Shown: one piece after another, positions 1 to 11,787 of the stretch
Layout: the number at the start of each line of letters is the position of its first letter
Numbering within the stretch: the first letter of the stretch is position 1
Source of the DNA: the human T2T-CHM13v2.0 reference genome, Homo sapiens
Assembly: GCF_009914755.1 (NCBI RefSeq)
Contig: NC_060934.1
DNA: 64,000 nucleotides
Direction: 5' to 3' (one strand)
The notes under the pieces: generated by a model
The model's database searches: none
What the model was told of the DNA's origin: nothing
The model's input: the letters and a program-made list of their open reading frames with translations, nothing else
Translations under genes and position numbers: made by a program

Positions 1-109
1 TGACTCCTGATCAGCCCACTCATGGACGCTGGTATCAATGAGGACAGGAGAACACAAGGCTGCCTGTGCTGCAGCCATACAAGTTTTCCCTCAGTTTCTC
101 AAAAGCTCC

Positions 110-310
110 AAACTCTCCCTGGCCACAGGGACTTTGTGCATACTATTTCCCCTGCTAGAATGGTCTTCCCATTTCACCTACCATCCTCTTCTAGGTAACT
201 TTATCCTTTGAATTGTAGCTTAAACATCATCTCCTCCAGGAATCTTTCCCTGACTCCCCAGACTAGATCACCTTCCCCTGTGAGATGCTCATTTAATACC
301 ACAGCATTTG
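110..310 (+). mobile_element. L2 LINE 3' fragment
   Basis: Degenerate L2 3' motifs (ttcccctgctagaatgg...aaacatcatctcctccaggaatctttccctga). Confidence 0.55.
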
Positions 311-639
311 TGGATTATTAACAGATCCCAGGCTCCCCTGATCAGCCACATACCATGACAGTGTGCCTGTGAGTCTCTTTGTCACCTCAGCCTGTAGGTC
401 TAGACTGAACCTAGACTAGGCTGACACTTAGACTATCTCACCCCAACACCCACAGCCACAGTCCTTGTTCTCAAAGATGCACTGAAGTTGACAGTGATCT
501 TCATGGCTTGCTTCATCCACACATTGATGAAGATGACACCCTAACATCCCAATTTTTGTTGTATAAGTACATTCACTGCTGAAGTATGTTTATACTTTAC
601 AGCAATATCCCAGACATGCCACATGTTCCCTAAACACAT

Positions 640-870
640 GGCATAGCAGTTGAAGACGTGGGCCTTGGTGTCAGGCAGACCTAAGTTCAAACCTTGGCTC
701 TGACACTTAGTAGTCATGTCACCTGAAACAAGTTTCTGAGCTCTTTTTTTTCCTCATCTTTAAGAAGGGATAGTAAATATCAGCCTTGGAGAGTTATTAT
801 AAGAACTAAGCAAAATAAACCAAGTGAGAGAGCAAGACATTGCCTGGCACCTAAGTGTATGTTATGATAA
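640..870 (+). mobile_element. MIR SINE
   Basis: MIR core (gtcaggcagacctaagttcaaacc...cctcatct...tgcctggcac). Confidence 0.7.
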
Positions 871-1199
871 TCATCATCATAAGAGGGTTCTTGGAGTCTT
901 CGTTAGGTAGCATGTTATGTCAGTTTCTTTGGCTGAAGATGTCATATTTAACTCTTCCTCAGGACGATGGGAATGACTTTTGAGGCTCTCAATAGAAGAG
1001 ACAGCTAGAAATCCCTCTAGACTGTGTCCTGCACACACGGATCTAACAGGCCACCTAGAGCCCACCAGTATGTCAGAGGACACTGGCTCACACTCTTGGA
1101 AAGCAATGTGGAGATATTTACCAAAAGCTAAGAAAAACCTCCATCTTTTGACCCAATATTTTAACTCCTGGACGACATGCTAAAGGATTAATTCAATGA

Positions 1200-1515
<316 letters not shown>

Positions 1516-2872
1516 CCCCAAAAAGCTTTCTTTGTGAAGATGTTCACTAAAATCACTCAAGATTGGAAACCCTTCTGATTACCAATAATAAGGGATTGGT
1601 TTGGCAAATCAGCACACTGAGATTTTACAGCCATTAAATGGTTCACCATGAAGTCTCTGTAGAAAAATGAAAAAAAAAAAAAAAATGTTTCTTCTACAAT
1701 GTGAAGAGCAAATACCCAGTCTGGCAGAGGGCCTGCCAGACAAAACAACGACCAACAGGGAACACCCCAAAATTGAAAGAGTTGGGAAGGGGCAAGGTCA
1801 AGGAGATTTTAGAAAAATGTCCTTTAATATTCATTTTAATACTGTGCTGTTTTTACAGGTTTAAAATAATCATCCTACTGGGCATTTCTAGCAGATGATT
1901 GAAGCCTAAGGAAACCCTTGTCTTAACTAGTGGAAATAAAAGGGTCCTTCCTCAGTAGAACAGAGTTTGATGTCTTAAGTCCATGCTATAGATGAGATTT
2001 ACTGGAACAAACAAGGCAAATAATATTGGAAAGACTAGTTACTAGGCAAAATCAAGTTTCTTCCAGCCTAGAATAAGGTGGAACATTTAACATCATTTAA
2101 AGGGTTATACACTCTTTAAATGGGTTTTAAAGACTTAAGATGAGACCAAAAGTTTGGTCCTCCCATTCTGATGCACTGCAGCTAGAGGAGCCTCACTTCG
2201 AGTACCCTAGAGAGAAGGCAGAAACAGCCAGAAAAGTGCCACAGAACAGGTTAGTCGTGAGGCCCTGAAAGCTATCTGCAGCTTAATAGCATGGCATTTA
2301 CGGTTGAGTTACAGGATTTGATTCCAGTATTTCTCCCCTAGTCCTTGAACAAGAAACTGACTTGGGGCTGTTCATTCTATGGAAACACTCAGAAAGAGGC
2401 ATTACCCATATTTATAAATGTGGAAATACTCTCAAACTTAGGACTTGAGAATTCTAACCACCTTCAATTAACCAGAGTTCCAAGACTCATGCCCTGGACT
2501 CTTAATGAGGCAGGCATGATGGCATCTAAATGCATTCAGATCCAGTTGGGGCCAGGATCCATTCATCCCAATCTCCTAATGGTTCTACCTCCGAGTCCAC
2601 AGTAAAATTCAATATTCAGAATGGTGCCTCTTTGGCCTTGCAGTCTCCTCAATACCATCCCCAGCTAGCAAAACAAGGGCTGGACAGAACTCACAGCTGT
2701 CTTGGGAATAGACAAGGGATAGCCTGGGTGGGCAGAGGCCATCCTCAGCAATGTCCAGGAGTAGGAATTTGGCCAAAGACACCTGGAATAATTGTGGTAC
2801 CAAATAGGGGACCTTCTGTTCTGAAGCAATGGGTGTACAAGGTGGACATGGGTCACAAGAAACAAAGCTAGA

Positions 2873-3150
2873 GGCCAGGCATGGTGGCTCACATCTGCAA
2901 TCCCAGCACTTTGGGAGGCTGAGGTGGGAAGATTGCTTGAGTTCAGGAGTTCAAGACCAGCCTGGGAAACATAGCAAGACCTCATCTCTACTGAAAATAA
3001 CTTAAAAAAATATTAGCCAGCCATGGTGGCACATGCCTGTAGTCCTAGCTACTCAGAGGCCTGAGGTGGGAGGATCACTTGTGCCCAGGAGATGGGGACT
3101 GCAGTGAGCTATGATTATACCACTGCATTCCAGCCTGGGCAACAGAGTGA
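2873..3150 (+). mobile_element. Alu (AluJ-like)
   Basis: ggccaggcatggtggctcac...cagcctgggcaacagagtgaga. Confidence 0.92.
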
Positions 3151-3368
3151 GAAAAGAAAGGAAGGAAGGAAGGGAAGGGAAAGGGAAAGGGGAAGGGGAA
3201 GGGAAAGAGGAAGAGGAGAAACAGAAGAAAGAGAAAAAAGAGACGGAAGGAAGGAAGGAAGGGAGGGAGGGAGGGAGGGAGGGAGGGAGGGAAAGAGAGC
3301 AAGAGGGCAAGACAGAAAGAAAGAAAAGAAAAGAAGTAAAAGAAAAGAAAGGAAAAGAAAAGAAAATA
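3150..3368 (+). repeat. Polypurine low-complexity tract (GGAA/GGGA/GAAAA) grown from Alu tail
   Basis: Almost pure A/G for ~220 bp directly after the Alu; explains the low-complexity ORFs at 3053-3545. Confidence 0.92.
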
Positions 3369-3386
3369 ATGAATTATCCCTTAGAA

Positions 3387-3934
3387 CAGCAGTTCCCAAC
3401 CTTTTTGGCACCAGGGACTGGTTTCATGGGAGATAGTTTTTCTATGGACCAGGATGGGGGTGGGGGGGGGTCGGGGACAGGGGGAGGTGATGGTTTGGGA
3501 ATGACTCAACTGCATTACATTTATTGTGTACTTTATTTCTATTAGTATTACATTGTACAACTCACCATATACACCTCACCATAATGTAGAATCAGTGGGA
3601 GCCTTGAACTTGTTTCCCTGCAACTAGATGATCCCATCTGGGAGTGATGAAAGACAGTGACAGATTATCAGGCATTAGACTTTCATAAGGAGCCCACAAC
3701 CTAGATCCCTCACATGTGCAGTTCACAATAGGGTTTGTGCTCCTGTGAGAATCTAATGCCACTGCTGATCCAACAGGAGGCAGGGCTCAGGCAGTATTGC
3801 AAGCAATGGGGAGTGGCTGTAAATACAGATGAAATTTCACTCACTCATCTGCCACTCACCTCCCACTGTGTAGCCCAGTTCCTAACAGGCCACAGACCAG
3901 TACCACCCCGTGGCCCAGGTCTTGGGGAGCCCTG
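3387..3934. mobile_element. MER1A hAT-Charlie non-autonomous DNA transposon
   Basis: Ends cagcagttcccaacc / ggtcttggggagccctg; ~550 bp; flanks ccttagaa / ctttagaa resemble an 8-bp hAT TSD. Confidence 0.85.
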
Positions 3935-4204
3935 CCTTTAGAACACAGGCATGTTGACAGAGGGCAGCCAGCAGCAAGTAGTTAGTGGGGCTAATGGGAC
4001 TCTGCTGTGACAGCAAAGGGTGTGGGAATAGCAGGGATGATATTATCAGAGAATTATCTCTGTTCTCATTGGGGCAGAAAAGGCCCCTCCCAATATGGTG
4101 CCTTGGAGCTCTGGACCCTGATCCCCAGCCTGGATTTCAAATATGACCCATTGTCAGGCCATGGACCCCTTTGTTGTTTGGAGAAGATGGTCACTGTCTT
4201 AATG

Positions 4205-4998
4205 GGGGCTCCTCTAGGAGCAGATCATGAGATAAGGAGATGCAGTTTATTTGGGAGGTTAAGAACAAACATGTAGAAGTGTGGAGATGTGAGGCAGAGA
4301 AGGAGAGGCACCCCAGCCCTAATTCAATATATTAATCTGTTCTCACACTGCTGATAAAGACATACCCGAGTCTGGGTAATTTATAAAGAAAAAGAGGTTT
4401 AATGGACTCACAGTTCCACGTGGCTGAAGAGACCTCACCATCATGGCGGAAGGCAAAAGGCACATCTTACATGGCAGCAGGCAAGAGGGGTTTATGCACG
4501 GAAACTCCCCTTTATAAAACCATCAGATGTCTTGAGACTTATTCACTATCACAAGAACAGCATAGGAAAGACCCACCTCCATGATTCAATCACCTCCCAC
4601 GGGATCCCTTCCATGACACCTGGGGATTATGGGAGCTACAATTCAAGATTTGGGTGGGGACACAGCCAAACTATATCATTCAATAAACGGTGCTTTAATC
4701 AAGCCAGTTACTACAGGCAACTGGAGCTTAATCCCCCCAGGAAAACTCAAGAAGGGAGTGTAGACACAAACACAGAGTAAGTGGGTCTGAGAGGTGAGAG
4801 GGCTGGAGTACCCACTGGTTATTGATTGATGGCCAGATGAGTAGGGGACATTCATTCCCCACCATTTCCAGCATGGACAGTAAGGCAAGCAGAGTGATCT
4901 GAATGCCACAAAAATGCCTTCAGGTGCTGATGGTTGAAGGTCAGGTCTTCTTACACTAACATGCTAAGGGTGGAGGGGATACGGGCAGGTCATCACTG
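4205..4998. mobile_element. Ancient ERVL/MaLR-type LTR (LTR33-like), split by THE1
   Basis: gagcagatcatgagataagg...gtttatttgggagg...ggcaactggagcttaatcc resembles an old LTR; continues on both sides of the THE1; family uncertain. Confidence 0.4.
4328..4678 (-). mobile_element. THE1 (C/D-like) MaLR solo LTR
   Basis: tatattaatctgttctcacactgctgataaagacatacc...ggggacacagccaaactatatca; 5-bp TSD ttcaa at 4323-4327 and 4679-4683. Confidence 0.9.
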
Positions 4999-5326
4999 GT
5001 GTCACCAATTTTAAAAAAGTTTTTTAAAAAGACATAATCCTTTTATCACCCCCTCCTCACACACCATCTAGCTTACAGTTTCTTTCTGCGACTAGCCCTC
5101 CCCCACCTGCCCCAACAATTTCCTCTTAAAGACGTGGCTGGAACTGAAGCTATAGCCAAGGTTAATGCTCCTTTTTCTTTATCCGACCTCTCCCAGATCA
5201 GTTAGCATTTAGGCTCTTCTTCATCAAATATAAAAACTTAACCCAGTTCATGGCCCATTTGGCAACAACCCTTAGACATTTACCACCCTAGACCCAGAAA
5301 GGCCAGAAGGCCATCTTATTCTCAAT

Positions 5327-5806
5327 ATGCATTTTATCACCCAGTCAGCTCCCGACATTAGAAAAAAGCTTCAAAAATTGGAATCTGGCCCTCAAACCCC
5401 ACAACAGGAATTAATCAACCTCGCCTTCAAGGTGTACAATAATAGAGAGGAGGTAGCCAGACAGCAATGCATTTCTGAGTTACAGCTACTTGCCTCCACT
5501 GTAAGACAACACACAACCATGTCTCCAGCATACAAGAACTTCAGAACATCCAAGCCACAGCTCCCAGGGGCTCCTTCAAAACATCCTTGTGGACCTTGCT
5601 TCAAATGCCAAAAGCCTGGCCACTGGACCTCAGAATGCCTGCAGCCCGGGATTTCTCCTAAGCCATGCCCTGTCTGTGTGGGCCCCCACTGGAGGTCGGA
5701 CTGCCTGACTCACATCACTGCTGCTCCTAAAGCCCCTGGAGCCCAAACCCAGTGTTCCTTGGCCGACTCCTTCCCAGATCTCCTCGGCTTAGCAGCTGAA
5801 GACTGA
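5327..5806 (+). pseudogene. gag: HERV-H gag C-terminal fragment (capsid end plus nucleocapsid)
   Basis: 159-aa ORF with HFITQSAPDIRKKLQKL and two CCHC knuckles (CFKCQKPGHWTSEC, CPVCVGPHWRSDC), ending LGLAAED-TGA. Confidence 0.9.
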
Positions 5807-6277
5807 CACTGCCCGATTGCCTCGGAAGCCCCTTGGACCATCTCAGACACCGAGCTTCAGGTAACTCTTACAGAAGAGGGTAAGTCCGTCCTCTGTTTAA
5901 CGGATACAGGGGCTACCCACTCATTACCTTCAAGGGCCTGTTTCCCTTGCCCCCATAACTGTTGTGGGTATTGACGGCCAAGCTTCAAAACCCCTTAAAA
6001 CTCCCCCACTCTGGTGCCAACTTGGACAACATTCTTTTATGCACTCTTTTTTAGTTATCCCCACCTGCCCAGTTCCCTTATTAGGGTGAGACATTTTAAC
6101 CAAATTATCTGCTTCCCTGATTATTCCTGGACTACAGCCACATCTCATTGCCACCCTTCTTCCCAACCCAAAGCCTCCTTCACATCCTCCCCTTGTATCT
6201 CCCCACCTTAATCCACAAGTATAGGACACCTCTACTCCCTCCTTGGTGACTGTTCATGCACCCCTTACCATCCCATT
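5807..6277 (+). pseudogene. pro: HERV-H protease region, frameshifted
   Basis: tgtttaacggatacaggggctacccac = CLTDTGATH aspartyl-protease motif; no continuous ORF. Confidence 0.75.
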
Positions 6278-6292
6278 AAAACCTAATCACCC

Positions 6293-7931
6293 CTCCCTCT
6301 CCCTCTCCGTCTCCCTCTCCCTCTCCCTCTCCGTCTCCCCACGGTCTCCCTCTCCCTCTCTTTCCACGGTCTCCCTCTGATGCCGAGCCAAAGCTGGACT
6401 GTACTGCTGCCATCTCGGCTCACTGCAAACTCCCTGCCTGACTCTCCCGCCTCAGCCTGCCGAGTGCCTGCGATTGCAGGCGCGCGCCGCCACGCCTGTT
6501 TTTCGTATTTTTTTGGTGGAGACGGGGTTTCGCTGTGTTGGCCGGGCTGGTCTCCAGCTCCTAACCACGAGTGATCCGCCAGCCTCGGCCTCCCGAGGTG
6601 CCAGGATTGCAGACGGAGTCTCGTTCACTCAGTGCTCAATGTTGCCCAGGCTGGAGTGCAGTGGCGTGATCTCGGCTAGCTACAACCTCCACCTCCCAGC
6701 CGCCTGCCTTGGCCTCCCAAAGTGCCGAGATTGCAGCCTCTGCCCGGCCGCCACCCCATCTGGGAAGTGAGGAGCGTCTCTGCCTAGCCACCCATCATCT
6801 GGGATGTGAGGAGCCCCTCTGCCCGGCTGCCCAGTCTGGGAAGTGAGGAGCGCCTCTTCCCGGCTGCCATCCCGTCTAGGAAGTGAGGAGCGTCTCTGCC
6901 TGGCCGCCCATCATCTGAGATGTGGGGTGCGCCTCTGCCCCGCCGCCTCATCTGGGATGTGAGGAGTGCCTCTGCCCGGCCGCGACCCCGTCTGGGAGGT
7001 GAGAAGCGTCTCTGCCCGGCCACCCCGTCTGAGAAGTGAGGAGCCCCTCCACCCGGCAGCCGCCCCATCTGAGAAGTGAGGAGCCCCTCCGGCCGGCAGC
7101 CGCCCTGTCTGAGAAGTGAGGAGCCCCTCCGCCCGGCAGCCACCCCGTCTGGGAAGTGAGGAGCGTCTCTGCCTGGCAGCCGCCCCGTCCGGGAGGGAGG
7201 TGGGGGGCAGCCCCTGCCCAGCCAGCCACCCCCTCCGGGAGGGAGGTGGGGGGCACCTCCGCCCGGCCGCTGCCCCGTCTGGGAGGTAGGGGGCGCCTCT
7301 GCCCAGCCACCCCTTCTGGGAAGTGAGGAGCCCCTCTGCCCGGCCGCCACCCCGTCTGGGAGGTGTACCCAACAGCTCATTGAGAACGGGCCATGATGAC
7401 AATGGAATAGAAAAGGGGGAAATGTGGGGAAAAGATAGAGAAATCAGATCACTGCTGTGTCTGTGTAGAAAGAAGTAGACATAGGAGACTCCATTTTGTT
7501 CTGTACTAAGAAAGATTCTTCTGCCTTGGGATGCTGTTGATCTATGACCTTGCCCCCAACCCTGTGCTCTCTGAAACATGTGCTGTGTCCACTCAGGGTT
7601 AAATGGGTTAAGGGCGGTGCAAGATGTGCTTCATTAAACAGATGCTTGAAGGCAGCATGCTCGTTAAGAGTCATCACCACTCCCTAATCTCAAGTACCCA
7701 GGGACACAAACACTGTGGAAGGCCGCAGGGTCCTCTGCCTAGGAAAACCAGAGACCTTTGTTCACTTGTTTATCTGCTGACCTTCCCTCCACTATTGTCC
7801 TATGACCCTGCCAAATCCCCCTCTGCGAGAAACACCCAAGAATGATCAATTTAAAAAAAAAAGAAACATAAAAAAATAAAAAAATAAAGCCTTCAATTAA
7901 AAAATAAAAAAAAAATTAAAAAAATTAAAAT
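6293..7931 (+). mobile_element. Full-length SVA retrotransposon (older SVA_B/C-like)
   Basis: (CCCTCT)n head, antisense Alu-like part, GC-rich VNTR ~6740-7365, SINE-R ~7365-7850, A tail; 15-bp TSD aaaacctaatcaccc at 6278-6292 and 7932-7946 at a TT/AAAA site. Confidence 0.97.
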
Positions 7932-7946
7932 AAAACCTAATCACCC

Positions 7947-8391
7947 TTACCCCACTCAATGCCAATATCCCATCCCACAGCATGCTTTAAAAGGATTAAA
8001 GCCTGTTATCACTCGCCTGTTACAGCATGGCCTTTTAAAGCCTATAAACTCTCCTTACAGTTCCCCCATTTTACCTGTCCAAAAACCAGACAAGCCTTTA
8101 CAGGTTAGTTCAGGATCTGCTCCTTATTGACCAAATTGTCTTGCCTATCCAACCTGTGGTGCCAAACCCATATACTCTCCTATCCCAATAACTCCCTCCA
8201 CAACCCCTCCATAACCCATTATTCTGTTCTGGATCTCAAACATGGTTTCTTTACTATTCCTTTGCACCCTTCATTCCAGCCTCTCTTTGCTTTCACTTGG
8301 ACTGACCCTGACACCCATCAGCCTCAGCAACTTACCTGGGGTATACTGCCACAAGGCTTCACGGACAGCCCCCATTACTTCAGTCAAGCCC
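7947..8391 (+). pseudogene. pol: HERV-H pol, RT N-terminal part
   Basis: YSVLDLKHGFFTIPLHPSFQPLFAFTW...WGILPQGFTDSPHYFSQA in ORF 8127-8471. Confidence 0.9.
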
Positions 8392-8904
8392 TGTTGGAAA
8401 CAAGCCCCCCAAAATCTGGCCATAAACTGGCCCCAAAACTGGCCATAAACAAAATCTCTGCAGCACTGTGACATGTTCATGATGGCCATAACACCCACGC
8501 TGGAAGGTTGTGGGTTTACAGGATTAAGGGCAAGGAACACCTGGCCCACCCAGGGCAGAAAACCACTTAAAGCCATTCTTAAGCTACAAACAATAGCATG
8601 AGCGGTCTGTGCCTTAAGAACATGCTCCTACTGCAGTTAACTAGCCCAACCTATTCCTTTAATTCAGCCCATCCCTTCGTTTCCCATAAGGGATACTTTT
8701 AGTTAATTTAATATCTATAGAAACAATGCTAATGACTGGTTTGCTGTTAATAAATACGTGGGTAAATCTCTGTTCCGGGCTCTCAGCTCTGAAGGCTGTG
8801 AGACCCCTGATTTCCCACTTCACACCTCTATATTTCTGTGTGTGTGTCTTTAATTCCTCTAGCACCACTGGGTTAGGGTCTCCCCAACTGAGCTGGTCTC
8901 AGCA
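8392..8904 (+). mobile_element. MER9 solo LTR (HERV-K HML-3)
   Basis: TG...CA ends, 513 bp, aaaatctggccataaactggccccaaaactggccataaac signature; 6-bp TSD aagccc at 8386-8391 and 8905-8910. Confidence 0.93.
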
Positions 8905-9313
8905 AAGCCCAAATTTCTTCCTCATCCATTACCTATCTCAGCATAATTCTTCATGAAAACACACGTGCTCTCCCTGCCGATCATGTCCGACTGATCTCTC
9001 AAACCTCAACCCCTTCCACAAAATGACAACTCCTTTCCTTCCTGGGCATGGTTGGATACTTTCACCTTCAGATACCTGGTTTTGCCATCCTAACAAAACC
9101 GTTATATAAACTCACAAAAGGAAACCTAGCTGACCCCATAGATCCTAAATCCTTTCCCCACCCCTCTTTCTGTTCCAACCCTTTTTCATTACACACAGCT
9201 GAAGTGCCGGGCTGTGCAGTCAAAATTCTTACACAAGAGCTGGACTACGCCCTGTAGGCCTTTTGTCCAAATAACTTGACCTTACTGCTTTAGGCTGGCC
9301 ACCATGTCTCCGT

Positions 9314-10318
9314 GTGGCAGCCGCCGCCGCCCTAATACTGTTAGAGGCCCTCAAAATCACAAACTATGCTCAACTCACTCTCTACAGTTCTCATAACTTC
9401 CAAAATCTATTTTCTTCCACACACCTGACACATATACTTTCTGCCCCCTGGCTCCTTCAGCTGTACTCACTCTTTGTGGAGTCTCCCACAGTTACCATTG
9501 TTCCTGGCCTGGACTTCAATCTAGCCTCCTACATTATTCCTGATACCACACCTGACCCCCATGACTGTATCTCATTCACTCCATTTCCCCGTATTTCCTT
9601 CTTTCCTGTTCCTCACCCTGATCACGCCTGGTTTGTTGATGGCAGTTCCACCAGGCCTAATCGCCACACACCAGCAAAGGCAGGCTATGCTATAGTATCT
9701 TCCACAACTATCATTGAGGCTACCACTCTACCCACCTCCACTACCTCTCAGCAAGCCGAACTCATTGCCTTAACTCGAGCCCTCACTCTTGCAAAGGAAT
9801 TACGTGTCAATATTTATACTGATTCTAAATATGACTTCCATATCCTGCACCACCATGCTGTTATATGGGCTGAAAGAGGTTTCCTCACTATGAAAGGGTC
9901 CTCCATCATTAATGCTTCTTTAATAAAAGCTCTTCTCAAGGCCGCTTTACTTCCAAAGGAAGCTGAAGTCATACACTGCAAGAGCCACCAAAAGGCATCA
10001 GATCCCATCACTCAGGGCAATGCTTATGCTGATAAGGTAGCTAAAGAAGCAGCTAGCATTCCAACTTCTGTCCCTCACAGCCAGTTTTTCTCCTTCTCAT
10101 TGGTCACTCCCACCTACTCTCCCACTGAAACTTCCACCTATCAATCTCTTCCCACACAAGGCAAATGGTTCTTGGACCAAGAAAAATATCTCCTTCCAGC
10201 CTCACAGGCCCACTCTATTCTATTGTCATTTCATAACCTCTTCCACGTAGGTTACAAGCCGCTAGCCGGCCTCTTAGAACCTCTCATTTCCTTTCCCATC
10301 ATGGAAATCTATCCTTAA
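9314..10318 (+). pseudogene. pol: HERV-H pol: RT connection, RNase H and integrase N-terminus (open 334-codon stretch)
   Basis: WFVDGSS...QAELIALTRAL...IYTDSKY...GNAYADKVAKEAA; begins at GTG; frameshift near 10300. Confidence 0.9.
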
Positions 10319-10920
10319 GGAAATCACTTCTCAGTGTTCCATCTGCTATTCTACTACTCCTCAGGGATTGTTCAGGCCCCTTCCCTTCCCTACACATCAA
10401 GCTCAGGGAGTTGCCCTGCCCAGGACTGGCAAATTGGCTTTACTCACATGCCCCGAGTCAGGAAACTAAAATACCTCTTGGTCTAGGTAGACACTTTCAC
10501 TGGATGGGTAGAGGCCTTTCCCACAGGGTCTGAGAAGGCCACCGCAGTCATTTCTTCCCTTCTGTCAGAAATAATTCCCTGGTTTGGCCTTCCCTCCTCT
10601 ATACAGTCTGATAACGGACCAGCCTTTATTAGCCAAATCAGCCAAGCAGTTTCTCAGGCTCTTGGTATTCAGTGGAACCTTTATATCCCTTACCATCCTC
10701 AATCTTCAGGAAAGGTAAAACGGACTAATGGTCTTTTAAAGAAATACCTCATCAAGCTCAGCCTCCAACTTAAAAAGGACTGGACAGTACTTATACTTCT
10801 TGCCCTTCTCAGAATTAGAGCCTGTCCTCAAGATGCTACAGGGTAAAGCCCATTTAAGCTCCTGTATGGACACTCCTTTTTACTGGGCCCCAGTCTCATT
10901 CCAGACACCAGCGCAACTTG
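10300..10920 (+). pseudogene. pol: HERV-H integrase core, degenerate
   Basis: AQDWQIGFTHMP, IQSDNGPAF and PYHPQSSGKVKRTNG: first D appears as G and E as K in the D,D(35)E motif; in-frame stops. Confidence 0.8.
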
Positions 10921-11352
10921 AACTGCACTCCAAAATCTTGGATAGAGCCTAAAAACTTGTCAACCAGGCAAGTAATTATGCTGAACCTCCTTGGGCACTC
11001 CCTAATTAGATGTCCTGGGTCCTCCCAATTCTTATTCCTTTAATACCTGTTTTTCTCCTTCTCTTATTCGGACCTTGTGTCTTCCATTTAGTTTTTCAAT
11101 TCATACAAAACTACATCCAGGCCATCACCAATCACTCTATATGACAAATGCCCCTTCTAACAACCTTACTGCAAAATCTTCCTTCAGCATAATCTTTCCC
11201 ACTCTAGGTTCCTACACCACCCCAATCCCACTTGAAGCAGCCCTGAGAAACATCGCCCATTATCTCTCCATACCACCCCCAAAAATTTTCGCCGCCCCAA
11301 CACTTTACCACTATTTCATTTTATTTTTCTTATTAATATAAGAAGACAGGAA

Positions 11353-11787
11353 TGTCAGGCCTCTGAGCCCAAGCTAAGCCATCATATCCCCTGTGACCTG
11401 CACATATATATCCAGATGGCCTGAAGTAACTGAAGAATCACAGAAGAAGTGAAAATGGCCTGTTCCTGCCTTAACTGATGACATTCCACCATTGTGATTT
11501 GTTCCTGCCCCACCTTAACTGAGCAATTAACCTTGTGAAATTCCTTCTCCTGGCTCAGAACCTCCCCCATTGAGCACCTTGTGACCCCTGCACCTGCCCA
11601 TAAGAGAAAAACCCCCTTTGACTGTAATTTTCCACTACCCACCCAAATCCTATAAAACGGCCCCACCCCTATCTCCCTTCACTGACTCTCTTTTCAGACT
11701 CAGCCCACCTGTACCCAGGTGAAATAAACAGCCTTGTTGCTCACACAAATCCTGTTTGGTGGTCTCTTAACACAGATGCGTGTGACA
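11353..11787 (+). mobile_element. LTR7-family 3' LTR of HERV-H (subfamily unresolved)
   Basis: tgtcaggcctctgagcccaagctaagcc...tataaaa (~11651)...aataaa (~11723)...gcgtgtgaca; 435 bp, TG...CA. Confidence 0.96.

Larger units (their letters stand above)
5034..11787 (+). mobile_element. HERV-H provirus: 5' LTR and leader missing, gag-pro-pol-(env remnant)-3' LTR, interrupted by SVA and MER9
   Basis: Gag zinc knuckles, protease DTG, RT, RNase H and integrase motifs in order; polypurine tract at 11340-11352; LTR7-family LTR. Confidence 0.95.

Noticed and set aside
3053-3545. Several 75-144 aa ORFs rich in E/G/R/K or P/S/F
   Set aside because: Translations of the polypurine tract and Alu
6784-7579. 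198-aa and 222-aa minus-strand ORFs; repeat array superficially like a CRISPR
   Set aside because: GC-rich SVA VNTR lacking stops; tandem units without unique spacers and no cas genes
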